Part shown: piece after piece, positions 1 through 11,982 of the stretch | Numbering within the stretch: the first letter of the stretch is position 1 | Layout of the letters: each line of letters opens with the position of its first letter | Source of the DNA: a virus | Taxonomy: Duplodnaviria > Caudoviricetes | IMG/VR virus record: IMGVR_UViG_3300029305_003961 | Span: 32,664-96,663 of that record | Strand: one strand, 5' to 3' | DNA: 64,000 nucleotides | Position numbers and translations under genes: made by a program | Notes under the pieces: generated by a model | Seen by the model: the letters and a program-made list of their open reading frames with translations, nothing else | What the model was told of the DNA's origin: nothing | The model's database searches: none

Positions 1-1
1 G

Positions 2-244
2 GCTTTAGCCGAGGTGCTTGGCGTGCTTGAAGAATTGGCGCGTGAATGCGGCATCCCACACGAGATAGTTCATTCACAAACCTGGAAATCAACACTCGGC
101 ATTAAAGGTCGTGATCGTGCTACCTAGAAACGGAATGCGCAATTGTTTGTAACCGAGACCTACAATATTAAAGTGTCTCAAGACGCCAGTGACGCAATTT
201 GTATTGGTACTCACTATATCAAAAGTAATAAATCGGCCTTTTAA
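2..244 (+). CDS. RuvC-like Holliday junction resolvase, C-terminal part (5' truncated by window; 1 in-frame TAG)
   Basis: Frame 2 reads ALAEVLGVL...TWKSTLGIKGRDRAT*KRNAQ...SQDASDAICIG, matching the WK..G..QK and D..DA(I) motifs of phage RuvC-like enzymes. Ends TAA before a hairpin. Confidence 0.7.
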
Positions 245-335
245 TAAGGCCGATTTTTTTCATTTTATCCACTCTCTTTTTGATAATATATAGACACAGG
301 AAACAACTATAATAAGGAAAGGGGGAGCAAATCAA

Positions 336-791
336 ATGGGTGAATGGATTGCTGCCAATATTGGTGGCATAATTTTATCTTTGATTACTGCCGGAGCATT
401 GACCTTTTGCGGTTGGTGTTGGAAACAACTAAAAACTTATAAGGGATTGCTTGATGAGAAGAAAGAAGCAGCAATTGATGACGCAATTGATGAAAAAATT
501 GAGCCTGTCAAACAGGATATCCAACAGTTGCGTGACTATGTAACCTAGGTCGATGTGGCTGAAAAGCACAAGATGGACCTAATTGTTTCTTCTTATAGAT
601 ATAGACTAACACAACTATGTCGTCTATACTTGGGACGCGGCCATATCACAACAGGTGAATATGAATAGTTAAATGAATTTTATCATCTGTATACTGGTTT
701 GGGCGGCAATGGAGAGGCAAAAATTTGGTTTGATAGAGCCATTTAGTTGCCAATTGTTAACAATAATACTAGTAAAAATGAAGACAAATAA
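336..791 (+). CDS. Lysis-region membrane protein (N-terminal TM, Y..LGGNG motif), 151 aa, 3 TAG read-through
   Basis: Track ORF 336..548 continues past TAG to ...YE*LNEFYHLYTGLGGNGEAKIWFDRAI*LPIV...TAA at 789-791; strong SD upstream. Confidence 0.75.
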
Positions 792-830
792 AAAATAGGG
801 AAGCCTTAACAAAAGGCTTCCCTATTTTCT
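791..830. terminator. Bidirectional intrinsic terminator between convergent genes
   Basis: AAAATAGGGAAGCC-N9-GGCTTCCCTATTTT. Confidence 0.75.
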
Positions 831-1135
831 TTTAATCGTTTAAAGAACAAATTGGTTTTACATACAATTTCCTATCCATAAGTCGCAACGAGGTCTGCGA
901 ATAATTCTTCTTGATCATGACTCATTTCTATGTTATAACTAAACATAGCCGCGTGGGTTAATTCGTGAGATAAAACTTTTTTCATCATTGGATAATTTAA
1001 ATCTTCGCAAAGATATATAGTTTTTAAATAGTCATCGCAAGCGCCAATAGACCAAGAACCATCACTCCGCTATAATTGCGGATGAAGTGGAGAGACTAAA
1101 AGAACTCTCCACTCCTCTCCATTAATATTTATCAT
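806..1135 (-). CDS. HExxH zinc metallopeptidase-like protein (ImmA/IrrE-like), 109 aa, 2 TAG
   Basis: MININGEEWRV...VLSHELTHAAMFSY...QEELFAD; missed by the track because of in-frame TAGs. Confidence 0.7.
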
Positions 1136-1238
1136 TTAATTTTTGTAGCCAAAGCCGCAATGCGGTTTCCCATAAAAATCTGGGAAACCGCTATAAAAAA
1201 AATAAACCCCTAGTAGATAATTCTACTAGGGGTTTTTA

Positions 1239-1628
1239 TTATTTCTGTAAATTAACTTCGGCTTCAATTCGAGTGGTTAGGTAAGCAGTAGCATCACCAT
1301 ATAATTCTGTCAAGTAAGCCTTTGCGTCATCGCTTAAAACAGCGATTACCGCATCAAGAGTTTTTTGGAAAGCAATCTTTTGTGCCTCCGCATTAAAAGA
1401 ACCTTGCTTTTTTAAAGCCTCTACATATGTTTGATTCGTGGCAATAACACAATCAGTAATTGTTTGTGCCACCATAGAAATATATTTATCGGCAGTATCA
1501 TTTTCAACTTTAACAAGGATTTCTTCTTCTTTGGCTTTTAACCATTTAACTAAGAAAGTTGTCAAAACACCCAAAATAGGAATTAGACAAATTTCTAAAA
1601 TTTTATATAATAATTCTAACCAATCCAT
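1239..1628 (-). CDS. Putative holin (LL-H-like)
   Basis: Single N-terminal TM followed by a helical domain ending IEAEV; lies at the end of the tail operon; terminator hairpin at ~1204-1237. Confidence 0.65.
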   Translation of the reverse strand: MDWLELLYKILEICLIPILGVLTTFLVKWLKAKEEEILVKVENDTADKYISMVAQTITDCVIATNQTYVEALKKQGSFNAEAQKIAFQKTLDAVIAVLSDDAKAYLTELYGDATAYLTTRIEAEVNLQK

Positions 1629-1631
1629 TAC

Positions 1632-2456
1632 TTATTTTCCTCCTTTTAAACTTAAAACCACATTTCCTTCATCATCTCCGATGGCAACAAATGATATATC
1701 ACCAGCCTAAAGAGCACTTTCTGCTTTGGCTAATGATGCTTTTGTCTCATCGCTTAGGCTAATTTCGATATTAGAAGAAAGGCTACCTCCACCAGTTAGT
1801 CCTTCTTTTCCGTAAATGGTTATAGTTTTTAAAGCATAAGAACTAGCATCTCCAAGTTCGTACCAATAACCTTCGGACCAGACGTATTCTTTTCCTCCGC
1901 ACAGAATAACATCACCATCTATACCTTCCTCAGGTAAAGAATCTTTTATTCCAATAAATCGCATTGCTCCAGTTATATCTAAATCTGCCGCAGTCGGCTT
2001 TTTTACATATAAACCATTATCACTAAGACTTAGTATATTGTCGCTAGCAGAATCAATATTGACCTTTGCTTCTAAATTGCCTTGATTATCAATATCATCA
2101 AAAGTTAAAGACTTATCATTATTAGTAATAGACATAACGCCAAGAGAGGTTGGAATTTTTTCGTCTAACTTTTGTTCGGCCGCCTTGGCGCGTTCAACTT
2201 CTTCATTTAAACTTGCTGTTGTAGCATAAGATCTTGCTTCTAGTTCTGCGGCGTCAATAAAATCTGGTATCAATTCAAACTATAATTGATTATTTTTATT
2301 TATTTTTGCGCCTATGGTTTCACTATTAGAAATTACTAATTCATCATTATAGTCATTCGCATTTAAAGAAGATATTGTTGTGTTTTCTTTGTTTTTAATT
2401 GTAATAGTCTTAAAGGCCTTGGTTAAATAATTTATAACATTACCATAGAAACTCAA
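1632..2456 (-). CDS. Tail fibre-associated/structural protein, 274 aa, 2 TAG
   Basis: TTG start with GAGGGGGG SD (MSFYGNVINY...); track fragment 1707..2273 extends on both sides through TAG; EYVW..GYWYELGD motif. Confidence 0.6.
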
Positions 2457-2737
2457 TGTTGGACACCCCCCTCGGTACTGTCCTCACTTATGATATCCAC
2501 AATTATCGATACATCTTCATTAGCATTACTGATAAATACTAAGGTGGTAATAACGCCTCCAACCATAGAAAGGTCTAATTCATAAATGCCATATTTACCA
2601 ATGGTAATATCTGTACCATTATTAATCTGAAAAACGGTGCCTGGTGCCCCCTATATACCTAACTTATAAACATGTTTACCGGGTATAATGTTTTCATTGA
2701 ATTTATCTACAATAATTTGTTCAATACTTTTAGCCAT
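2453..2737 (-). CDS. Small beta-rich virion protein, 94 aa, 1 TAG
   Basis: MAKSIEQ...KLGI*GAPGTVFQIN...IGKYGIYELD; GGAGG SD. Confidence 0.7.
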
Positions 2738-2755
2738 ATTATTACCTCCTTTTTC

Positions 2756-4948
2756 TTAAAGTAGTGGCTAAGCAGCCTTAGTTGCCGTAATACTCATACT
2801 TCCATTATATGCCAGTGGAAGTGAGATTTTACTTACAATATAATCACCTTCAATTCCCGCTTCAATATCGCTAACATAAATGCGGGTATTAGGCTCCAAA
2901 TAATAAATTGGAATGGAACTAATAGATACACTTTCTATACAATATCCGTGATTATATAATAATGTATCGATAGCCTCTTTAGCGCTTTTTCCTTGAGTAC
3001 TCTTACTAAACGCCCCGGCTAAGTTTCCAACTGAAAAATACCTATATCCAGTTTTCTCGGGGGCATCCTTAACTCGATTGAAAATAATTTGAGGTGTTTC
3101 TCTATAATATATGGCTTTTACATCTTTATCATTGCTTACTTTTGGCCTTACTCCAAGGACAGGAATGGAAAATTGCTCTAACTCTCCAGAAGTATCTAAG
3201 AAATCAATCCAAAAGTTAAGAGTTTCAGGCTGCTAGTAGATTGCACGAGCCCACCCTAGTCTTGTAGGGTCGTCATCTTCATTAGTGGGTGTAATATAAT
3301 AAATAGAATTGTCTCCATCGAAAGGATTATATAACTATCTCCAAAAACCTTCCATATCAATATAATATTGTTCATATCCAGTTCGACCGTTTTGATAAAG
3401 ACCATCTTCAGAATTGACTTGAATAACTCTTAACTGAAAATCATCTAAATGGTTATATTTACGATAATCTTGAGCCATTCGGAATATCAATTCACGCCAA
3501 TCACAATGAATACCATCCTCTTGCTCTCCATATATATCATCAGCGATATAGGTTATAGGGTACTACCCCTCTAGATTAAAACCATATTTAGTATTATAGG
3601 CAGTAATTTCTTCTGCGTCCTTACCTTCGAGTTGAATTTTTTCTCCTGCCTCATTGGTTTTCCAAAAGGCATCAACTTCAATAGAAGTATACTTCCAAGG
3701 CTTTTTATCAATCGCATAACGCATATGAACAGGTAATTCACTACCGGAGATAGATTTACGAACACCCCAAACGCTATAATCATTTTTCAAATTGTTTAAA
3801 TCAGGAGTGTTATTAAAGGCTGTAAAAAATTCAGAACCTGAGAATATGTAGGAGTATCCATTCGCGGCGGCCAGGTCCTCCACATAATATTTTCCACTAT
3901 CGGTTTGAGAGATAGGATTCCAAGTTTCATTGATATAAGTTTTCTTCTTTTGGAATACGAACTAACCATCTAGGTTATAAAAATATTCAAATTCACCCAA
4001 GAAATTTTTAATTTTATCTAATACAGAAGTAATACTTTCTCCTATATTAGCGATTAAATCATCGGGATATACAAGGTCGATTTCTTTATAGCCCACAGTT
4101 TCGCCATAATCAATTTTTGCTACATAGTATTCATTATCATTGTCATCAGGAAGTTTTATCTTCACTTTGTTCTATTGGTTAATAAAATCATCAGACAGGC
4201 TTTCAAACTGTTCTTCTGGAATATCAGATAATTTTTTATACTCACTAGGACTAGTGATAGGCTGCTCTCCATTAAGGGTTCCATTGGAATAAGTATTATT
4301 ATTTATATTTCGATATAAATACATTGGAATATCATATCGATATTCTTGTAATTCAAGGCCTAATTCATCCAAGTCATTAATAATTATATTGTGGAATGGT
4401 TCTCCTCCGTATTGGTGAACGGCTTCTCGTATAATATCTTTAACTGGATATTTAGCAATTTTATAAACGCCATTACCATTTTCATCCTTTCCAATTTCTT
4501 GTTCAATTTTACCAAAGTCAACCGAAGAGTTTAAAGAACCGCCAACTTCGCCATTTAATAAACACATTTTATCTTTACCGCTTAGATTAATGGTATAAGA
4601 ATTAGAACTATAAGCAGAACTAAAACTAGTAATTACATAAATACCCTAATCAAACCAAATAATATTGGGATATTCGGGGTTTATATCATTTTTAACACCA
4701 ATAGCAAGTTTAATTTTGGTATTTAATCCCCAATAATAATTTGCGATATTGATTTCTGGCGTTATCATACTCAGTTGACAAGTGCGGCGGACTGCGCTGG
4801 CTCCATCAATATTAATGGAGCCAGACGTAATTCGACCTTCAATTTGTTCAAGAGGCTGTTCATCAAAAGTAAGGGCAATTATACGAGCGTATATAATTTT
4901 ATTGCGTTGTCTATCTAATAGATGTAAAAATTCTTTAGGATATAGCAT
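2756..4948 (-). CDS. Tail/baseplate hub-like protein, ~730 aa (TAG read-through)
   Basis: Track fragments 4646..4948, 4172..4567, 3962..4165 and 3563..3883 share one frame and end at TAG; C-terminus ISLPLAYNGSMSITA is typical of sipho hub proteins. Confidence 0.7.
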
Positions 4949-7265
4949 CGCTTGTTGCCCCCTCTATTACATTATAGTGCGCTGGTGCGGACTTAGTTGT
5001 TAAAACATTTAATTTATAATAAACATCTGCGCGTACGCCAAACGGTATATTAATTATTTCTGGTACAAAATATCCATCAAAATCATTAGAAGTCAATTCC
5101 AAACGGCCGTTTATTACTCGCTTAAACGCATCAGTATAGTTATTTTCTGTTATTATAGCATTATTATTAGTATATATTTGTTTTCCATTACTTAAATTAA
5201 CCTTAATTACTTCGCTATCTTTCCATTTAAACTAAACTTCTCTATCTCCCTGAACCCCGTCTAAAAGTTCTAGGCGCAAAAATAATATATTATTTAAATA
5301 TTTCTTTATATTTGTATCTTCAGAGTATACTAATTGGTCTATAATATTAGTATACTCTCCATCATCGTCTTTATGCGTAAACTGGGCCGCTTTTTCTAGC
5401 GTGGCTATAGATTCAATAATATTTTCTTTATCCAAGTAAATATTATCAACTTTGGACTAAGTAGTAGCATACTCTATTTTATATTCATACTCGGTCTCAA
5501 GGCCATCGGCACCTATTTGTTTTAATTCAATAGAAATCAATAAATTAGAATTAAAATTTAGTTCATGCATACCAGTAGCCCCAATTCGCAAAGTAAAGAT
5601 TTCACCATTCTTAAATTTTAATTCATATATAGTTCCAGGGCGACCATAAATACGTGCCCAGACAGCAGGATCAATTTGATAAATACCGACACTATCAATA
5701 TCAACGCTATAAACACGCGTAATTCTTTTGTCTTCTATGGCGGTTAAAAATCCATATTTACTCTAGTTCGAGTGATTATTTTCAGCAATTTCATAGGCAG
5801 TAGAACTGAAAGTATGTAGCATTCTTCCAAGAGTGTCATTAGGGGATAAGGAAGTGTTCATTAGGCGAACAATATAGTTGCCTTCAGTTGGAGAGCGGAA
5901 TAATTTGGGCTTTCCATTATTTAACCATTCTAAAACTGTTAATTTAAAGACGCGCTCGGCGGCGATATTTTCACCAACCAAATTAATTGTGCGCATAGCA
6001 GTAGTTTGAATGGGACCCGCGGCAGTGGCGCTTCTCCGTTCGGATTGAGCGGCTAACCGCATATCTTCATCAGTTAGGAACAACTCATCGTTATCCATAT
6101 GATAAGAAATTAAACCAGAAAGAGAAAATTCCTTATATTTCGTATTTCCGTTTCTAAAAACGAATGGGAATTGACCGCCTATAGTGTCTAATTTACTTTC
6201 CAAAATAGTATCTTTAAAAGAAGATACTTTAGGGTCAAATTTAATCTTTAACTGGCGCACGCCATCAAATAGAAAAATATCTTCAAAATCAACACACACG
6301 ATTTCAGTCATTATAGGAGCAGTATAAATACCATTGGCGCTATACTGCCGCAATCCATAAATATAATTTACTCCCTACTGGACAGTAAAATCTTTATAAA
6401 GGGAATAAGAAAATGAACTAACAATATCGTTAATTACAAAGTCTTGTATAACTTCTTGAGTGCTATAATTATCTAAATCGCTACTACGAATTAATTGAAA
6501 TTGTCCTCTAATATCTTGAGGCTCCGAATTAGTTGAACGATGTAGGATGATTTCCACAAAACCATTCTCATCATCGCTATGAGCCTCTAGGGTCATTTTA
6601 AAATCGATATCCACTTCAGCGGCCGCTTCAATTAGATACCGAGGAGAAGCAACTCTTAAGCCATTGGAGGTGGTTACTTCATACTATATTGAATAAATTC
6701 TATCTTGTCTCAAAATCTATGTAAACTGATAAGAATCTCTAGAAACTTTTGGGTCTGTATCTTCAGAAGAATTATGTAGTAATTCACCAGAAGAGGTTAA
6801 GAGACTATCATCACTATAAATATTAAAACAATAAGAATAAACTTTTTCATTTATATCGTTCTCTGGAGCCTCGTATTTACCAATTACAAGCGGCCCGCAG
6901 TAATTTTTCTTATCTATTTCAAATTCTACATTGTTAGAATTGACTGAAAGAGTGGGCTCTTCCGTATATTTAAAAACTCCAACTGTGGAGTAGTATCCAA
7001 CTTCTTTATCTTTTACATAAGCAATTTGCGCTTTGTAGAATTGGCCTACTATAAAAGAATAGTCAGTTGGAAAATTACCATTTTTGTCTCCTGATATTGT
7101 GGCTATTTCTAAATTTGTAGATACGGTTTTGATTTTTAAACTCATTGAGTCATAATCATTAATGCCCACGGCTCTGTTATGTAGGTAGGGAATATGTAGT
7201 ATATTCCCTACCTAAGCGGGCAATTTGCCATCAATAGAAGGAGGAAGTAATTTTTTCGTTGCCAT
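4935..7265 (-). CDS. Minor tail/baseplate protein, ~776 aa (TAG read-through)
   Basis: Fragments 6717..7169, 6375..6614, 5763..6353 and 5232..5435 are in one frame; start MATKKLLPPSIDG with GGAGG SD. Confidence 0.7.
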
Positions 7266-7286
7266 AGTAAGCAAACCTCCCTTTTA

Positions 7287-7652
7287 TCATTCCTCTATCA
7301 TAAACATAATTGCGGAAAGTTCTTGATATGATAGTTCAATATTATCAAAATCAGAAAGTTTAAACATATGAATTGGAATATCTTGCTCTAATTCATATAA
7401 ATCAGTAAGTTCTTTATTTGCGGCCGCAATATTCTCGGGTGGAATATCATAGCCATTTTGTGCTTCATTTACTGTACCGAACTGCGCGCCAATTGATAGA
7501 CGCGCTTGTTCGATTTCCTGAGAAGCCTATTGGATTAATTGAATATTTTTTTGTAGATAGAAATTAATCCGAACTGGTAATTTTATATTACAATTAGAAA
7601 ATATGGATAACTTTTGTCCATATTCATAAATTTTTTGATTTGTTAAGTTCAT
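7287..7652 (-). CDS. Hypothetical protein next to tail fibre (possible chaperone), 121 aa, 1 TAG
   Basis: MNLTNQKIYEYG...KLPVRINFYLQKNIQLIQ*ASQEIEQAR...IMFMIEE; AGGAG SD. Confidence 0.7.
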
Positions 7653-7686
7653 TATTTAATTACTCCTTTTACTCTTTTTATTAATT

Positions 7687-10600
7687 TTAGCCAGTACTGC
7701 CTAAAATTTGTTTCATACCATACCACAATCGTAGCCAGCTTATAAATTTATAATCTGTATTAGACGCCGCACCATTGTTCCACTAATTAATTTCTTTTAT
7801 GTATATACCTCTAGAAGTTAAAATTGGTATTTGATACTAATAAGTAGATACACCATTGCTTACACTAGAATGGATTAAGGTGTTTTCATTAGCTTCATCT
7901 TCAGTTGACAAGGCCCAACCATCATATCCCGTTAGATCAAAAGCAATAGAATCTATTGATGGTAAATTACTAGTATTAAATTTACTAATTTTCCAGCCTC
8001 CAATGTTTCCACCTTCTTTAGCTGTAATTGTACCTTCAATGGTTGCTCCTGTACAAGTTAACTCTCCGGTAGTTTCAACTTTAAAAGCATAGCCTCCGCT
8101 CGCTTTTTTGACTCCGAATGCAACTTTATTATCAAGTGCGCTCTTTAATCCATTAACACCAGATTGTGGAATTGTCGCTCCATCCACTAGCGTAAGTGTT
8201 TTAGCAATAATATCGCCTTTAACTGTTACGTTGCCATTGCTTTCAATAGTAAAATTATCACCAAATTTAACTTTTGAAGAATTAATTGAGAATTTTCCAT
8301 CACTGGCGCTAAAACTTCCACTAAGTACAGCTCCAGTAGCATAGAGTGTACCTTCTGAATCAACGCCAAAATTGGCTGAAGTACCCTTAATACCATTGCG
8401 ACCCAAAAGTAAACGCCAATCATTTTTTTTCATGTTAGCTATCGTAACGTAGTCTGAAGTGGTCCAAGAATTATAAAAATAAGAAGTACCGCCCTCATCT
8501 CTTAATCCTTTATCGGCTATCATCCATCCGGCTATATTTCCTTCATGCGCTGTTATAGTTCCAGAGAATGTTCCATTACCATGAATTGTAAGACCCTTTT
8601 CATCTATTATTAAAGCCTCTTTTGATGTTCCTCGCTCTGATAAAACGCTCCAACCGCCACTATTATTATTTAAATATCTTCTATATATAAAAGTAACTGT
8701 ATCCCCCGCTTTTACTTCTGGAGCATATAGCTTGCTACCCTCATACACTACATCCTCATAGCCTGTTGGTTTTTCCTCATGACATATGTCATTGGTATCA
8801 ATAATTCTAATTGCTATAGCAGGTTTATTATCTTCGCTTTCTACACGCTCATTACCTTTCTTAAATACAACATCTAAAATTATTCCTTCATCATATAATT
8901 CGTAATCTTCTGAACCCTATTCTCTACCTATATAAGGGAATTCTGGAGGAACTCTAACCTCTTTAACCATCTCGTCTGGATCAGTCCAACATATTCCTTG
9001 CCATCCGGGTGATTCATTGCTTATATTAAAAACTGCTCTTCCTTTATTATCAACCGTAAAACGATTAGCAAAATTAATCCCATTGGAATTTACTATAAAA
9101 TTACCGGCTTCTAATCCGCCTTTAAAAGTACCAAATGCACCAGTAATATCTCCTTTAAAAAAGGCATTACCATTAGCATCTATATAAAAGTTCTTACTAT
9201 GCAAATCCCCATCTTTTAGGTTAATATACATACCGGCATCTGTATAGCCATTTATAATATTTTGAAAATTTCCTGATTGAATAATACCTTGTGCGCCATC
9301 AAATTCAATGCGGCCCGCACCACTTTTGCCAATAAATGCAGTACCATTATCACGAAAACCGTATACCTAAGCACCATCTTTATAACCATATAGCCCAGTA
9401 TTATAACCAGTAGTAGCATCAATATTTTTTACATCACCCAAAATAACACCACTAAAAGTATTGTTATTATTTTTCTTTACACCAAAAACAGCAGCCGCAC
9501 TTAAAATTTGATTATTTTCTTCATCAATTGTTAATGCGCCATTCCAATTATTGAGAACTTCAGAACCATATTTATACTATTGTATAATAATTGGTTGAGT
9601 ATATAAAATTTCATTATTATTACTTGCTATTAGTACACAATAAGTTGCTTGTGCTTCGCTTATATAGATAGATGGTACCAATAATGAGCCATCTTTAATT
9701 TGTGGTAAAATGTTTAAATTACTAGGATTGGTTATCTTTTCATTTTTGTTATTACGATAAGAAATGCTCCAAGAACATTCAATTATTGTACCATCTCGAT
9801 TAAATAACTGTAACTTTGGTATTTTAGTTTTTAAAGCACCAAAGGAATCATAAATAATTTTTGTTGGTACTGAAGCATAATAACTATCATTTTGAGAATA
9901 AATAACTGGATAAATAGTTTTTAAGGTAATTTTTTGTCCTGCCCAAGTAATTAATGAGCCTTTGGCTGTTGCCACTATTGTATTATAATATTCGGGTAGG
10001 TGTTTGTTATTTTCATCTAAACCACTTGGCAATAATTCATAAGAACGCCCTAAAACGGTGTCTCCTTCAAGGCTGATATCTTTACCCTATGGGTCAATTA
10101 AATTAACATTAAAGTGTTGAATTAATGCTTCTCCATCTTTAAAGCCAAACTCGCGCCCATCATTTGGTCGGACAATGAGCGTATAATCTGTACCGCTATT
10201 ACCCTAAGATGAAAAAGCCAAAGATTTTATTGCTGTTAATATAAATCCATTATGCTCAATAATACATGTAATTGTATTATTGCGCGCGGTATCTACATAT
10301 ACAGATTTTAATTTATACTAAAAAGTAGTAATATCATCAAAGTTTTCTGAAGTAATTGTTTCAGATTCTATGTTCTTTGCTGATATCATTGTATTGTCAT
10401 TTGGAATCGTCCAGGTAATTTTCGCTCCATACCAGTATTCTTTTTCAATTTTACCAAGATTCCATTCCCAATCAAATTTTACTGTACGAGTTTTATAAGC
10501 CTCGCCAGCTATGGCTTGATTATCTTCTCCATAAATAGCATAAGCATCTTGCGTCTAATCACCATTTATAATTTTAATTTTAACATCAGTTCCTAACACT

Positions 10601-11856
10601 AAGTGTGTTTTGTCCGTATTATTAGTAAATGTTATAATATTTGACTTATATTGTGTGCCATTCAGCCAGATTATAGCATATACATCAGTTGAAGCAAGTT
10701 GCGGAATACACTGAGCCACTAAAATTTGATTTTCTTCTATAGTTTTTTCTGAATTATATTCCTATACTGATTTGGAAACACCATTTTCTCCATCAGCATA
10801 CCATTCAATCCAATAATAATTTTGGCCATCAGTAATCTCTTCTTCGCCTTTGGCCTTATCTTTATCAAATTTGCCGTCTTTAAAACCCAAAAATTTATTT
10901 CCCTCGCCCTTATTATACCAAATAAGTTCGATATATTTCTCCGCATCTTCTTTGCCCTAATATTTTAGAGAACTATTGGTTACAATTTTAACCGTATTGT
11001 CTTCCACTTGAGAGACATCAGTTCCAAAAAAGATTTGAATATTACGAACAAAAATATTTGACTAAACTTCATTATCAGAAATTTTATTAAAAGGAATGGC
11101 AATAGGTGCATCTTCAGTTCCATCATCGTAATAAAAATTACCATCTTGATATAAATACCAAACAAGTCTTTTAATAGTTCCAATAGAGAAATTAAACTTA
11201 TAGGCTTGGGATTGCGCGGCCCACGCGGCATAGGCGTACGGACGTCCAAACATATCACGGCTACTGTCTAGCATAAAAGTAGCAATTTCTTTATCGTTCT
11301 CGTCAAACGCTTTTACCATTAGACCATAGGCGCCAGATTCCATATCATAATTATCAAGTAAACATCTAAAATCTGCCTAAATACAAAGAGTATCATTTAT
11401 TAAAGTATTTATAGGAGTTTCAATACTTCCAATCTCTTTAATAAGGGCTCCTGCGATTGGATTACCTTCACTATCATAACTACAGTTGGCGGCTACGTCA
11501 GCGCCACCGAAACCGTTCGCAAGGTTTTCGGTTAATTGCGCCACTTTTTCTAAAGGTGACACATAGGTGATAGGCTGGTTATCTTCGTCGCCAGTATAAC
11601 GGCCGGTAATCAACTTGCGCGCCGTCCAATCTCCTTTGGGTATGGTTACATAAACCTACGCATCATTATAATAATGAGTTGTTTCCGTATACGCATCAAA
11701 GGTAATTGAACCATCAGTCACTTTATAATGTCCGTTCTTTTTATCACTGTCATCAACAATCGTACAGATAATAGTTTCATCGAATTGTAATTCTGATAAG
11801 CGCTATGCGACCACTGTATCAATTGCTGTCAATAATATTTCATTATAATCCTTCAT
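7687..11856 (-). CDS. Large tail fibre/spike (host-specificity) protein, ~1389 aa (many TAG)
   Basis: Five track fragments share one frame; Gly/Thr-rich beta repeats (GTITA.EG.I.GW) in the C-terminal part; lies directly after the tape measure gene. Confidence 0.75.
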
Positions 11857-11940
11857 AAAAGGTCTCTCCTTTCTCTCCATTATTCTATTTATTATCAAAA
11901 ATCTTCAATTTCAATTTGTTTATATCGTCCTCAAAAGAAA

Positions 11941-11973
11941 AAGAGGCAAGGTAGTTTCTTCTACCTTGCCTCT
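11941..11973 (-). terminator. Intrinsic terminator after tape measure gene
   Basis: AGAGGCAAGGTAG-N6-CTACCTTGCCTCT with a T-rich tail on the minus strand. Confidence 0.7.
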
Positions 11974-11982
11974 ATTATAACA

